Shown here: positions 16,049 to 24,778 of the stretch, in pieces
Layout: the number at the start of each line of letters is the position of its first letter
How positions within the stretch are numbered: position 1 is the first letter of the stretch
Virus record (IMG/VR): IMGVR_UViG_3300033076_000383
Location: 1 to 28,978 of that record
Source: a virus
Taxonomy: Duplodnaviria; Caudoviricetes
Strand: one strand, 5' to 3'
Length of the DNA: 28,978 nucleotides
Position numbers and translations under genes: made by a program
The notes under the pieces: model-generated
Seen by the model: the letters and a program-made list of their open reading frames with translations, nothing else
Database searches by the model: none
What the model was told of the DNA's origin: nothing

Positions 16049-16257
16049 AGCTAGAAGTAGCTGCCCGTGATCTGGGTGACGGCGTGGTGGAACCTCGGCA
16101 TGTTGTCGAGGTGCTTTGCGCTGTCTGCGAAGACCCGGTGAGTGAACAAGAAGTTGAGACCGGCGTGTGCACCGCTTGCGGTAGCCCGTGGCAGCCCAAG
16201 CAGAACGTTCAGATTTGGGCGACTTCTGTTCCTTGGGCCAATGGTGGGGTGATGTAA
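16045..16257 (+). CDS. Small zinc-ribbon protein
   Basis: CAVC...CTACG; overlaps at both ends (ATGA, TAATG). Confidence 0.7.
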   Translation: MKLEVAARDLGDGVVEPRHVVEVLCAVCEDPVSEQEVETGVCTACGSPWQPKQNVQIWATSVPWANGGVM

Positions 16258-16913
16258 TGAACTACGCTGAGCTGACTGCGGCTATTGAGTCCTACACACA
16301 GAACTACGAGCAAGAGTTCGTGGCTAATATTCCTGTGTTCGTGAAGCAGGCTGAGCAGCGTATTTACAACTCCATCCAGTTCCCGTCACTGCGCAAGAAC
16401 GTGACCGGCACGGCCACGATCAATAACAAGTATCTGGCCTGCCCCAACGATTTTCTGGCTTCGTATTCGATTGCCGTAGTTGATGCAGATGGTAACTACG
16501 AGTACCTGCTGGACAAGGATGTAAACTTCATCCGTCAGGCGTATCCGTCGCCTGCCAGCACAGGACTGCCAAAGTACTATGCCTTGTTTGGTCCACAGTC
16601 AACAGCCGCAAACGAGCTGACTTTCATTCTTGGCCCGACACCGGATGCAAACTATGCTGTCGAGCTGCACTACTACTTTTACCCACAGTCGATTGTCGAT
16701 GCAGGCACGTCGTGGTTGGGAGATAATTTTGACACCGTGCTGCTGTACGGGTCGCTTGTCGAAGCCTACACCTTCATGAAGGGTGAGGCAGACATGATCC
16801 AGTTGTACGATGCAAAGTACAAAGAAGCTGTCGCATTGGCCAAACGCCTTGGCGATGGGTTGGAACGACAAGATGCCTACCGTTCTGGTCAGGTTCGAGT
16901 CGCTGTAACTTAA
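16257..16913 (+). CDS. Second adaptor/tail-tubular-like protein
   Basis: Starts MNYAEL at the TAATG overlap; FVKQAEQRI, GLPKYY, PTPD, NFDTVLLYGSL motifs. Confidence 0.7.
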   Translation: MNYAELTAAIESYTQNYEQEFVANIPVFVKQAEQRIYNSIQFPSLRKNVTGTATINNKYLACPNDFLASYSIAVVDADGNYEYLLDKDVNFIRQAYPSPASTGLPKYYALFGPQSTAANELTFILGPTPDANYAVELHYYFYPQSIVDAGTSWLGDNFDTVLLYGSLVEAYTFMKGEADMIQLYDAKYKEAVALAKRLGDGLERQDAYRSGQVRVAVT

Positions 16914-16929
16914 CTTTTAGGGGGCCGTC

Positions 16930-17364
16930 ATGGCAATTTCTCAGGCAATGTGCACCAGCTTCAAAGTCGGTATCCTCGATGGTACCTTCAACTTTGGTAG
17001 CGGCACGTCTCAAACTTTCAAAATCGCGCTGTACACCAGCTCCGCCACTCTGGGTGCTTCGACGACTGCGTACTCTGCGTCCAATGAAACTACCGGAACT
17101 GGTTACACTGCTGGTGGAGCAACGCTGACCATCAGCACCAACCCGACTTCATCGGGTACCACGGCTTACCTGAGCTTCTCGAACGTGACTTGGAGCACCG
17201 CTACCATCACTGCTCGTGGCGCTTTGATCTACTTGGCCAACGGAACTACGAACCCCTCGGTTGCAGTTCTGGACTTCGGTGGTGACAAGACCTCTACGGC
17301 AGGTGACTTCACGATCAACTTCCCGACTGCTGACGCTTCTAGCGCCATCATCCGTATCGCTTAA
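16930..17364 (+). CDS. Tail-associated structural protein
   Basis: CTSFK, FKIALYT, GYTAGG, TARGALIY, LDFG motifs. Confidence 0.75.
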   Translation: MAISQAMCTSFKVGILDGTFNFGSGTSQTFKIALYTSSATLGASTTAYSASNETTGTGYTAGGATLTISTNPTSSGTTAYLSFSNVTWSTATITARGALIYLANGTTNPSVAVLDFGGDKTSTAGDFTINFPTADASSAIIRIA

Positions 17365-17376
17365 TAGGGGGTCTCC

Positions 17377-20300
17377 ATGGCCCTCGTTCTGCAGGATCGC
17401 GTAAGGGAACAGGCGTCTACAACTGGTACAGGAACTTTCACACTGTCCGGTGCGTATGACGGATACCGCACGTTTGCTTCGTGCGTACCTGATGGCTCTG
17501 TTGTTTACTACTGTATCCATAATACGGCTGCAGGATTTCAGACCGAGTGGGAGGTAGGCTACGGCACGTACAGCGCAAACACACTAGTGCGAACTAGTGT
17601 CTATTCCTCTTCCAACAGTGACGCAGCGGTTAATTTCAGCGCAGGCACAAAGGAAGTGTTCATTACACAGCCTGCAGAACAAGCGATTTACCAAGAAGTC
17701 AACGGCAGTCTGCGGCTTGTTGGCGGAACCATCGGTCTTACGCAAGACGGTACTGAGGGCACAACGTTGCCCAACACGTCTTTCCAAGCGTTTACGACCG
17801 GCAACTACTACATGCAGGCCAACCAGCAGAACCTATCAAACGGTTCTTCTGCGTCGTCTGACTGGGTCTCTACTGCCGACAATGGCTCCGACACCGAAAA
17901 CTACATGGACATGGGCATGGCCAGCAGCACGTACAGTGCCGCCGACTACTCTGCTCAAAAACCAAACAGCGGATACCTGATCTCCACAGGTAATGACCTG
18001 CGCATCATCGCGGGTAAATACGGCGCAACATCTCCCGGCCCGCAAGACATTGTTTTGATTGCTGGCTCTCTGCTGGACACGGAAGAGCGGGCGCGTGTTT
18101 ACGGCGACACCGGTAACGTCAATATCGGCGGTGGTGTTAATGCGACTGACACCGGCGAGTTGTTACAAGTAGAAGGTAGCACACGTATTGCTGGCGCAGC
18201 CACTTTTGGCAGCACGGTTACGCTGAACGCCAACCCAACGCTGGATATGCAGGCCGCTACCAAACAGTACGTGGATAACGCGGCTTCGGCAGGCCTTACG
18301 GTGCACACCCCGGTTCGCACAGAGGCTGTCGGCAATCTGAACGCTACATACAATAACGGAACAGCTGGGGTCGGTGCGACACTGACCAACGCCGGAACGC
18401 AAGCCGCACTGGTTTGCGACGGCATTACGGTTAACGTTAATGACCGCATTTTGGTGATGGATCAGACCGACCAGACCCAGAACGGTGTGTACGTTGTGAC
18501 AAATACGGGTTCAGGCTCCACAAACTGGGTGTTGACTCGTGCGTCGGATGCCGACACATACGGTATCAATGACCCGAATGCGCTCGACGACGGCGCATAT
18601 TTCTTCGTGTCTGAGGGAACAACCGCCGCGTACGAGTCGTATGTCTGCACGACGGTTGGAATAATTACGTTCGGTACTACGGCAATCACGTTCCAGCAGT
18701 TCAGCTCTGTACCTTCGTACGTTGTCAACGCTCCCCTACAGTTATCCGGCAATGTATTGTCTTTGTCTGGTACCGTAGCAGCAACCAACGGCGGTACTGG
18801 CACGAGCACTGTTACTACTGGCGATCTGCTGTATGGATCGGCCACGAACACATGGTCAAATCTGGCCAAAGGCTCGGCCTACAAGTCGCTTGTCATGAAC
18901 GCCGGCGGCACAAACGTCGAGTGGAACGCTGTTGCCCTGAATCAGTCGGGTGCTGTTTCTGGCGCTCTTCCGGCAACAAACGGCGGCACCGGCCAATCTA
19001 GTTACACGCTGGGCGATACGCTGTACTCTAGCGCCTCCAACACGCTGAGCAAGCTGTCTGGCAACACCACCACAACCAAGAAGTATCTGCAACAACAAGG
19101 CGATGGCACCAACTCCGCTGCACCGTCTTGGCAACAGATTGCCGCTGCTGACATCTCTGGTCTGGCGGCTTCGGCCACCACGGACACCACCAACGCATCC
19201 AACATCAGTTCGGGCACGCTGCCTTCTGGTCGTTTGTCTGGCGCTTACACAGGCGTTACGGGTGTCGGCACTCTGACAGCAGGTACTTGGACGGCTTCCA
19301 CGGTTGGTGTTGGCTACGGCGGTACTGGCCTGACAAGCTACACGACTGGCGACATTGTTTACGCTTCGGCTTCTGGAACTCTGGCCAGCTTGGCTGATGT
19401 GGCCACCGGCAATGCACTGATCTCCGGCGGTGTGGGCGTGGCTCCTAGCTACGGCAAGATCGGTCTGACGACCCACATCTCTGGCACCTTGGCCGTGGCC
19501 AACGGCGGTACTGGCGCGACATCCCTGACTGGTTACGTGTACGGCAACGGCACAAGCGCCATGACGGCTTCGACCACGATCCCCGGCTCGGCCATCTCCG
19601 GCAACATTTCTGGCAATGCAGCCTACGCTACGTCTGCAGGGTCTGTGACGTACTCCCTGACTCCGGGCTCTTACCTGACAGGCAGTGCGTACAACGGTGG
19701 TGCAGCTCAGACTTTTGCGGTAGATGCGACCTCGGCCAACACAGCTTCTAAGGTTGTAGCCCGTGACGCGTCTGGCAACTTCTCTGCCGGTACTATCACC
19801 GCTACGCTGTCGGGCAATGTCACAGGTAACGTGACAGGTAACGTGTCGGGGTCTTCCGGCTCTTGCACAGGAAATGCGGCTACCGCAACTACCGCATCTT
19901 CATGCTCAGGTAACGCCGCCACAGCTACGCTGGCAACCAAGGCTTCAACGCTTTCACAAGGCGGCGGTTCAGGTACGGGGATGACTTTTAACTGGTCAGG
20001 CCAGTCTGGTCAGCCGACATGGTTGTGGGGCTCAAATGATGGCACCAACATCTATGTGTGGAACCCATCCAACTTCAGTGTCAACTACGCAACGACTGCA
20101 GGAAGTGCTTCATCGGCAAGCTCCGCGTCTACTTCGTCGCAAGTAACGATCAACTATAACAATGATTCCAACAGCACGTATCAGATGCTGTGGGGGTCTG
20201 GTAACTCTGTGTATGGAACTGGCGGTATCTACTGCAACCCGTACACAGACTACCTGTACTCTGGATCGTTCTACTGCGGTAATTGGTTCCGATCCTCCGG

Positions 20301-20778
20301 CGCTACTGGGTGGTATAACGACTCGTACGGCGGCGGCATAAATATGGCCGACACTACATGGGTTCGTACCTACGGTAGTAAATCTTTCTACTGCGACCAG
20401 TCTATCGCCGCTGCGGGCAACGTAACAGCCTACTACTCTGACATGCGCCTCAAGACTAAGGTTGGAGGCATTGAGAATGCGCTCGACAAGGTCGACTCGC
20501 TGGAAGGCTTCTACTACGTCGAAAACGAGCTGGCCAAGTCCTTCGGCTACAAGAACGATAAGCAGCAGGTAGCGCTGTCCGCGCAGGCTGTAAAAGCGGT
20601 CATGCCGGAAGCAGTTTCGCTGGCCGCGTTCGACATGGAGACCCATGAGACCACCGGCGAGATTACATCAAAGTCTGGTGAGGAGTATTTGACCGTTGAC
20701 TACGCCCGCCTTGTTCCCTTGCTTGTTGAGGCTATCAAGGAACTCCGCGCTGAGGTCAAAGCACTGAAAGGTGATTGA
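17377..20778 (+). CDS. Long tail fibre with C-terminal intramolecular chaperone (peptidase S74)
   Basis: G/S/T-rich, NGGTG repeats, AATKQYVD, QNGVY; C-terminal YSDMRLK...VDYARLVPLLVEAIKEL. Confidence 0.9.
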   Translation: MALVLQDRVREQASTTGTGTFTLSGAYDGYRTFASCVPDGSVVYYCIHNTAAGFQTEWEVGYGTYSANTLVRTSVYSSSNSDAAVNFSAGTKEVFITQPAEQAIYQEVNGSLRLVGGTIGLTQDGTEGTTLPNTSFQAFTTGNYYMQANQQNLSNGSSASSDWVSTADNGSDTENYMDMGMASSTYSAADYSAQKPNSGYLISTGNDLRIIAGKYGATSPGPQDIVLIAGSLLDTEERARVYGDTGNVNIGGGVNATDTGELLQVEGSTRIAGAATFGSTVTLNANPTLDMQAATKQYVDNAASAGLTVHTPVRTEAVGNLNATYNNGTAGVGATLTNAGTQAALVCDGITVNVNDRILVMDQTDQTQNGVYVVTNTGSGSTNWVLTRASDADTYGINDPNALDDGAYFFVSEGTTAAYESYVCTTVGIITFGTTAITFQQFSSVPSYVVNAPLQLSGNVLSLSGTVAATNGGTGTSTVTTGDLLYGSATNTWSNLAKGSAYKSLVMNAGGTNVEWNAVALNQSGAVSGALPATNGGTGQSSYTLGDTLYSSASNTLSKLSGNTTTTKKYLQQQGDGTNSAAPSWQQIAAADISGLAASATTDTTNASNISSGTLPSGRLSGAYTGVTGVGTLTAGTWTASTVGVGYGGTGLTSYTTGDIVYASASGTLASLADVATGNALISGGVGVAPSYGKIGLTTHISGTLAVANGGTGATSLTGYVYGNGTSAMTASTTIPGSAISGNISGNAAYATSAGSVTYSLTPGSYLTGSAYNGGAAQTFAVDATSANTASKVVARDASGNFSAGTITATLSGNVTGNVTGNVSGSSGSCTGNAATATTASSCSGNAATATLATKASTLSQGGGSGTGMTFNWSGQSGQPTWLWGSNDGTNIYVWNPSNFSVNYATTAGSASSASSASTSSQVTINYNNDSNSTYQMLWGSGNSVYGTGGIYCNPYTDYLYSGSFYCGNWFRSSGATGWYNDSYGGGINMADTTWVRTYGSKSFYCDQSIAAAGNVTAYYSDMRLKTKVGGIENALDKVDSLEGFYYVENELAKSFGYKNDKQQVALSAQAVKAVMPEAVSLAAFDMETHETTGEITSKSGEEYLTVDYARLVPLLVEAIKELRAEVKALKGD

Positions 20779-21809
20779 TGTTCGGAGATAGCGCGTTTAG
20801 CGCAGCGCCGTTTGCAGCCATTGCACAACAGGCAGTCAATGCCACTGTGGCTGTTGACGGCGTTTCCGCGACCGCGTCTCTTGGCGACGTTACCACCGTC
20901 GCTACGGCCAACGTCTATCCTACGGGCGACGTAGGAACAACCGCGCTCAACTCCGTCGTCGTTGCCGCAGCCGCACAAGCGTACGTCACCGGAGAAGAAG
21001 CCACGGCTGAGCTTGGCAGCGTAACGCTCAACACGAACAACTACCTTGACGTCACCGGCGAGGAAGCCACGGGCGATATAAACAGCGTCTACGTTACCGG
21101 TATTGCAAATAGTTACCCAGACGGTGTGCAGGCTACGGGCGAAACGGGCACAGTTTCCCTCGTCACAAACAACTACATCGACGTTACCAGCGTAACGGGC
21201 ACCACTGCGCTTGGCGACGTATCACTTAGTACTACTAACAACATCGACGTCGAAGGCTTCGAGGCCACCGCGTCTTTGGGTACAGTAAGCGTCTTTGCTG
21301 CCGCCGAGGTCTATCCGGACGGTACCGTTGCTACGGCCTACTTGGGCGAAGTTATCGTTGGGGCCAACGCGGTTGTTGATCTTACCGGGGTCTACGGTAC
21401 AACGGCGCTTGGCGAAGCCACGGTTATTGCCAAAGGCAACGTCTACCCGACTGGGGTATCCGCTACTGCACAGCTTGGCAACGTTTCGCTTGTTACCAAT
21501 AACATCATCAGCGTCACCGGGGTTTATGGAACCACTGCGCTGGGCGAAGCGACCGTGCGGGCATCCGCAAATGCGTACCCAGCCGGGGTGTACGGCACCG
21601 GATATGTCGGCTCCGTCACGGTGACAGCCAAGGCAAACGTCTTCCCCACTGGCATTTATGGCACAGGTCGTGTAGGATACGTCAATGTTTGGGGCAACAT
21701 TGACACCGATCAGACGCCTGATTGGGCGGCGATAGCGACTGCACAAACTCCGGCTTGGGCCGCTGTTACGACAACACAATCGCCCGGATGGGCACAAGTT
21801 CCGAACTGA
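20778..21809 (+). CDS. Repetitive beta-rich tail structural protein
   Basis: ~25-aa repeats of TG.xAT..LG.V; MFG..AFS.APFA N-terminus; Q-T/S-P-x-W repeats at the C-terminus. Confidence 0.75.
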   Translation: MFGDSAFSAAPFAAIAQQAVNATVAVDGVSATASLGDVTTVATANVYPTGDVGTTALNSVVVAAAAQAYVTGEEATAELGSVTLNTNNYLDVTGEEATGDINSVYVTGIANSYPDGVQATGETGTVSLVTNNYIDVTSVTGTTALGDVSLSTTNNIDVEGFEATASLGTVSVFAAAEVYPDGTVATAYLGEVIVGANAVVDLTGVYGTTALGEATVIAKGNVYPTGVSATAQLGNVSLVTNNIISVTGVYGTTALGEATVRASANAYPAGVYGTGYVGSVTVTAKANVFPTGIYGTGRVGYVNVWGNIDTDQTPDWAAIATAQTPAWAAVTTTQSPGWAQVPN

Positions 21810-21818
21810 GGATAAGCG

Positions 21819-22877
21819 ATGTCTTCGTACTCACCAAATTTACGAATTGAGCTGATCACGACCGGCGACCAAGTCGGTACGTGGGGCGCGACTACGAACA
21901 CCAACCTCGGCACCTTGCTGGAAGACGCTATTGCCGGATATACCTCCGTGTCTGTGACGACTGCCAATCAAGCGCTGACCGCCAACAACGGGTCTGCAGA
22001 CCAATCGCGTAATGTGTCGCTGGCGTTGACGACGACCACAACAGCGAATTTTGCTGTGTACGCCCCTCCGGCTGAGAAGACCTACGTCATCTACAACGCC
22101 AGCAGCTACACCGCCACGATCTACAACTCCACGGTTCTGGGTAACACCACTGCTGCCGGTGTTGGCGCGGCTATCCCTGCTGGTAAAACTGCAACGGTTT
22201 GGTCTGACGGCACCAACTTCCGCTTCCAAAACAACCACTTGTCGAGCCTTACGCTGGCCACAGATTTGGCTGTTGCTGACGGCGGTACCGGTGCGTCAAC
22301 TGCTGCGGATGCCAGAACGAACCTTGGGCTTGGCACAATGGCCACGCAGGCCTCGTCTTCGGTTTCTATCACCGGTGGCTCGATCACAGGCATCACCGAC
22401 TTGGCTGTAGCCGATGGCGGGACTGGGGCTTCTACGGCAGCCGACGCTCGCACAAACCTCGGGCTTGGAACAATCGCCACGCAGAACAGCAATGCGGTAA
22501 GTATCACCGGCGGCTCAATCACAGGTATCACAGATTTGGCCGTTGCTGATGGCGGTACAGGCGCTTCCAGCTTTACGTCTGGCGGTATTTTGCGTGGCAA
22601 CGGCTCGGCAGCACTGAGCATAGCTTCTGCCGCAGACATTGTGGCAGCTATCGGCAGCACATATGTAGCAAATGCAACGTACGCTACAAGTGCTACAAGT
22701 GCTACAACGGCAACGAACGCAACGAACGCAACGAACGCAACGAACGCTACTACTGCAGGCAAACTTGGAACAACAAACTGGACAATACAAGAGTCTGGGG
22801 GCGTGCTTGTTTTTCAGTATGGTGGCGTAACAAAATTCACAATGTCTTCTGACGGCACGTTTGCTGCTGCAGTTTAA
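21819..22877 (+). CDS. Tail fibre-like protein
   Basis: GTWGATTNTN N-terminus; three TDLAVADGGTGAS repeats; ATN tract. Confidence 0.8.
   Translation: MSSYSPNLRIELITTGDQVGTWGATTNTNLGTLLEDAIAGYTSVSVTTANQALTANNGSADQSRNVSLALTTTTTANFAVYAPPAEKTYVIYNASSYTATIYNSTVLGNTTAAGVGAAIPAGKTATVWSDGTNFRFQNNHLSSLTLATDLAVADGGTGASTAADARTNLGLGTMATQASSSVSITGGSITGITDLAVADGGTGASTAADARTNLGLGTIATQNSNAVSITGGSITGITDLAVADGGTGASSFTSGGILRGNGSAALSIASAADIVAAIGSTYVANATYATSATSATTATNATNATNATNATTAGKLGTTNWTIQESGGVLVFQYGGVTKFTMSSDGTFAAAV
22260..22570 (+). repeat. 135-bp (45-aa) intragenic tandem repeat, ~2.3 copies
   Basis: Units start at 22260, 22395 and 22530. Confidence 0.85.
22683..22747 (+). repeat. 9-bp tandem repeats: GCTACAAGT x2 plus one variant, then GCAACGAAC x4
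   Basis: Read directly from the sequence; encodes ATS/ATN units. Confidence 0.9.
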
Positions 22878-22886
22878 GGAGTAAAA

Positions 22887-23279
22887 ATGTCAACAACTCT
22901 TGGATCAACTGGCGTTACATTTCCAGATGCAACAACGCAAACAACGGCAACTAAAGAACGTGCCTTCGTAAACTTTAACGGGTCAAACGGTGCTATCCGT
23001 GCCTCTTATAACGTGAGTAGCATCACCAGAAACGCAACTGGTGATTACACCTTGAATTTTACAAGCGCAATGCCGGACACAAACTATGTAGCCACGGCGA
23101 TGCCTTTGTCTTGGAATACGAATGTATTTTATGCAACGGCAATGATGATTATGGGCGCAGTGCAAACTGGTGGTGGTGCAACGCTTATGAGCACTACGCA
23201 ACTGCGTGTTATGACTGGCCTCGGATCGAACGCTGGTGCCTTTGACCATCAAGTTGTTAGTATTGCTGTGTTCCGCTAA
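22887..23279 (+). CDS. Small tail-fibre tip / receptor-binding-like protein
   Basis: GVTFPDATTQTTA, AFVNFNG, YNVSSIT, GDYTLNF motifs; AAGGAG RBS. Confidence 0.7.
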   Translation: MSTTLGSTGVTFPDATTQTTATKERAFVNFNGSNGAIRASYNVSSITRNATGDYTLNFTSAMPDTNYVATAMPLSWNTNVFYATAMMIMGAVQTGGGATLMSTTQLRVMTGLGSNAGAFDHQVVSIAVFR

Positions 23280-23297
23280 ATCAAGGAGAACAACCAA

Positions 23298-23708
23298 ATG
23301 AACAAGGTAATTATCTTCACAAACGACAATGGTGGTGTATCCATCTGCATCCCCACTGGTGAGCTGCCTATTGAGGAAGTTCAGGCCAAAGACATTCCAG
23401 CGGGGGTTCAATCCTATGTCGTTGACATGGCATCTTTGCCTGAAGAAGACAATGACTTCTTTGGCGCTTGGGAGCAAACCAAAGGCGTGGTGACCGTCAA
23501 CGTGGACAAGGCCCGAGAGATCACCAAAACCCATCTGCGTCGTGAGCGTGAGCCTTTGTTGGCTGCTCAGGATGTCTTGTTCCAACGTGCTCAAGAGACT
23601 GGTGCTGACACCACTGCAATCGTGGCTGAAAAAAACCGCCTGCGTAATATCACGGCCTTGGCTGATGCTGAGAATACGCTGGATGGACTTCGTGCTTTGT
23701 CATGCTGA
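23298..23708 (+). CDS. Probable tail fibre assembly chaperone
   Basis: Follows the fibre gene; AKDIP..., R..REPLL...D...EK.RLR.IT motifs. Confidence 0.65.
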   Translation: MNKVIIFTNDNGGVSICIPTGELPIEEVQAKDIPAGVQSYVVDMASLPEEDNDFFGAWEQTKGVVTVNVDKAREITKTHLRREREPLLAAQDVLFQRAQETGADTTAIVAEKNRLRNITALADAENTLDGLRALSC

Positions 23709-23800
23709 CCGAAGCACAGGAAGATGGCACTGTGTTCATCAATGTGTTTGCTGAAGGCAAATACTGCGATAGTAAAACAAAAACAAGACACTATTCGTAG
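23702..23800 (+). pseudogene. Probable C-terminal remnant of a cupin-like gene
   Basis: Hand translation MLTEAQEDGTVFINVFAEGKYCDSKTKTRHYS*; resembles (from recall) the end of small phage cupins. Confidence 0.4.
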
Positions 23801-23854
23801 CCACACAAGTATGTGGTGAGTGTCACCACCAGATATTAGCTGGAGACCCTGCGT

Positions 23855-24319
23855 ATGCTTTCTGCCCTTATTTCTTTTCTTGGCGGTTCCGTTTTTCGCA
23901 TGCTCTGGGGTGAAATCAGTGCATGGGTAACAAAGGGTCAAGACCACAAACACGAACTTGACCGTATGCGCTTGCAAGGCGAGCTCGATGCTGCGCAACA
24001 CGAGCGCAACATGACAGCCATCAAATTGCAGGCTGACATGGGTGTACAGGTCATCCGAGCACAGGCGGAAGCGGCTATCGGGGAGACGGAGGTTACAGGA
24101 TGGCTGGAGGCCGTCAAGGCTACGACAACCCGAGTTGGTATTGCTTGGGTCGACGCTTGGAACGCTACGATTCGTCCCGGAGTAGCCACATGGGCTGTTG
24201 TCATGATCACACTGTCCGAGTTTCATGCCATCACATTGAGTGAGTTTGCTGCCTCTGTGTGCAGTGCAGCGTTGGGCATTTTCTTGGCTGACCGCAATCT
24301 CAGTAAGCGTGGGAAATGA
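23855..24319 (+). CDS. Holin-like membrane protein
   Basis: N-terminal and two C-terminal hydrophobic segments, IRP motif; ATGA overlap with the lysozyme gene. Confidence 0.65.
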   Translation: MLSALISFLGGSVFRMLWGEISAWVTKGQDHKHELDRMRLQGELDAAQHERNMTAIKLQADMGVQVIRAQAEAAIGETEVTGWLEAVKATTTRVGIAWVDAWNATIRPGVATWAVVMITLSEFHAITLSEFAASVCSAALGIFLADRNLSKRGK

Positions 24320-24774
24320 ACACCAGACCTGAGATCGTGACCGCAGCAGCGCTGTGTCGCCGCTTTGAGGGCTTCTTTCCGGAACCCTATTTGTGTCCGG
24401 CTGGGGTACCAACGATTGGGTTTGGCACAACGCATTACCCAGACGGACGGGCGGTCAGGCTGATTGATCCGCATATCCCGCTTGCGCAAGCCGAGGAGTA
24501 TCTGCAGTTCGAGCTCCAGACACAGAGTCTTCGCAGTGTGGCAGCACTATGCCCAGCACTACCCGCATGGGGGTCCGATGCAGTAGCAGCGCTCGTGGAT
24601 TTCACATACAACGTAGGTTCTGGAAACTTGGCAGCGTCTACGCTGCGGCGTAAAATAGCCGCAAACAACCGAGAAGGCGCTAAAACGGAGCTCATGAAAT
24701 GGGTTCGCGGCGGTGGTCGCGTACTTCCGGGACTTGTACGACGCCGACAGGCGGAATCCAGCATGATCGGGTGA
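24316..24774 (+). CDS. Lysozyme/endolysin (GH24)
   Basis: FEG...PYLCPAGVPTIGFG, ALVDFTYNVG, LPGLVRRRQAE. Confidence 0.92.
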   Translation: MNTRPEIVTAAALCRRFEGFFPEPYLCPAGVPTIGFGTTHYPDGRAVRLIDPHIPLAQAEEYLQFELQTQSLRSVAALCPALPAWGSDAVAALVDFTYNVGSGNLAASTLRRKIAANNREGAKTELMKWVRGGGRVLPGLVRRRQAESSMIG

Positions 24775-24778
24775 ACTT

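Noticed and set aside
17377-23279. Diversity-generating retroelement or invertible tail-fibre cassette
   Set aside because: No reverse transcriptase or invertase, and no adenine-variant repeat pair or inverted fibre copy seen in the window
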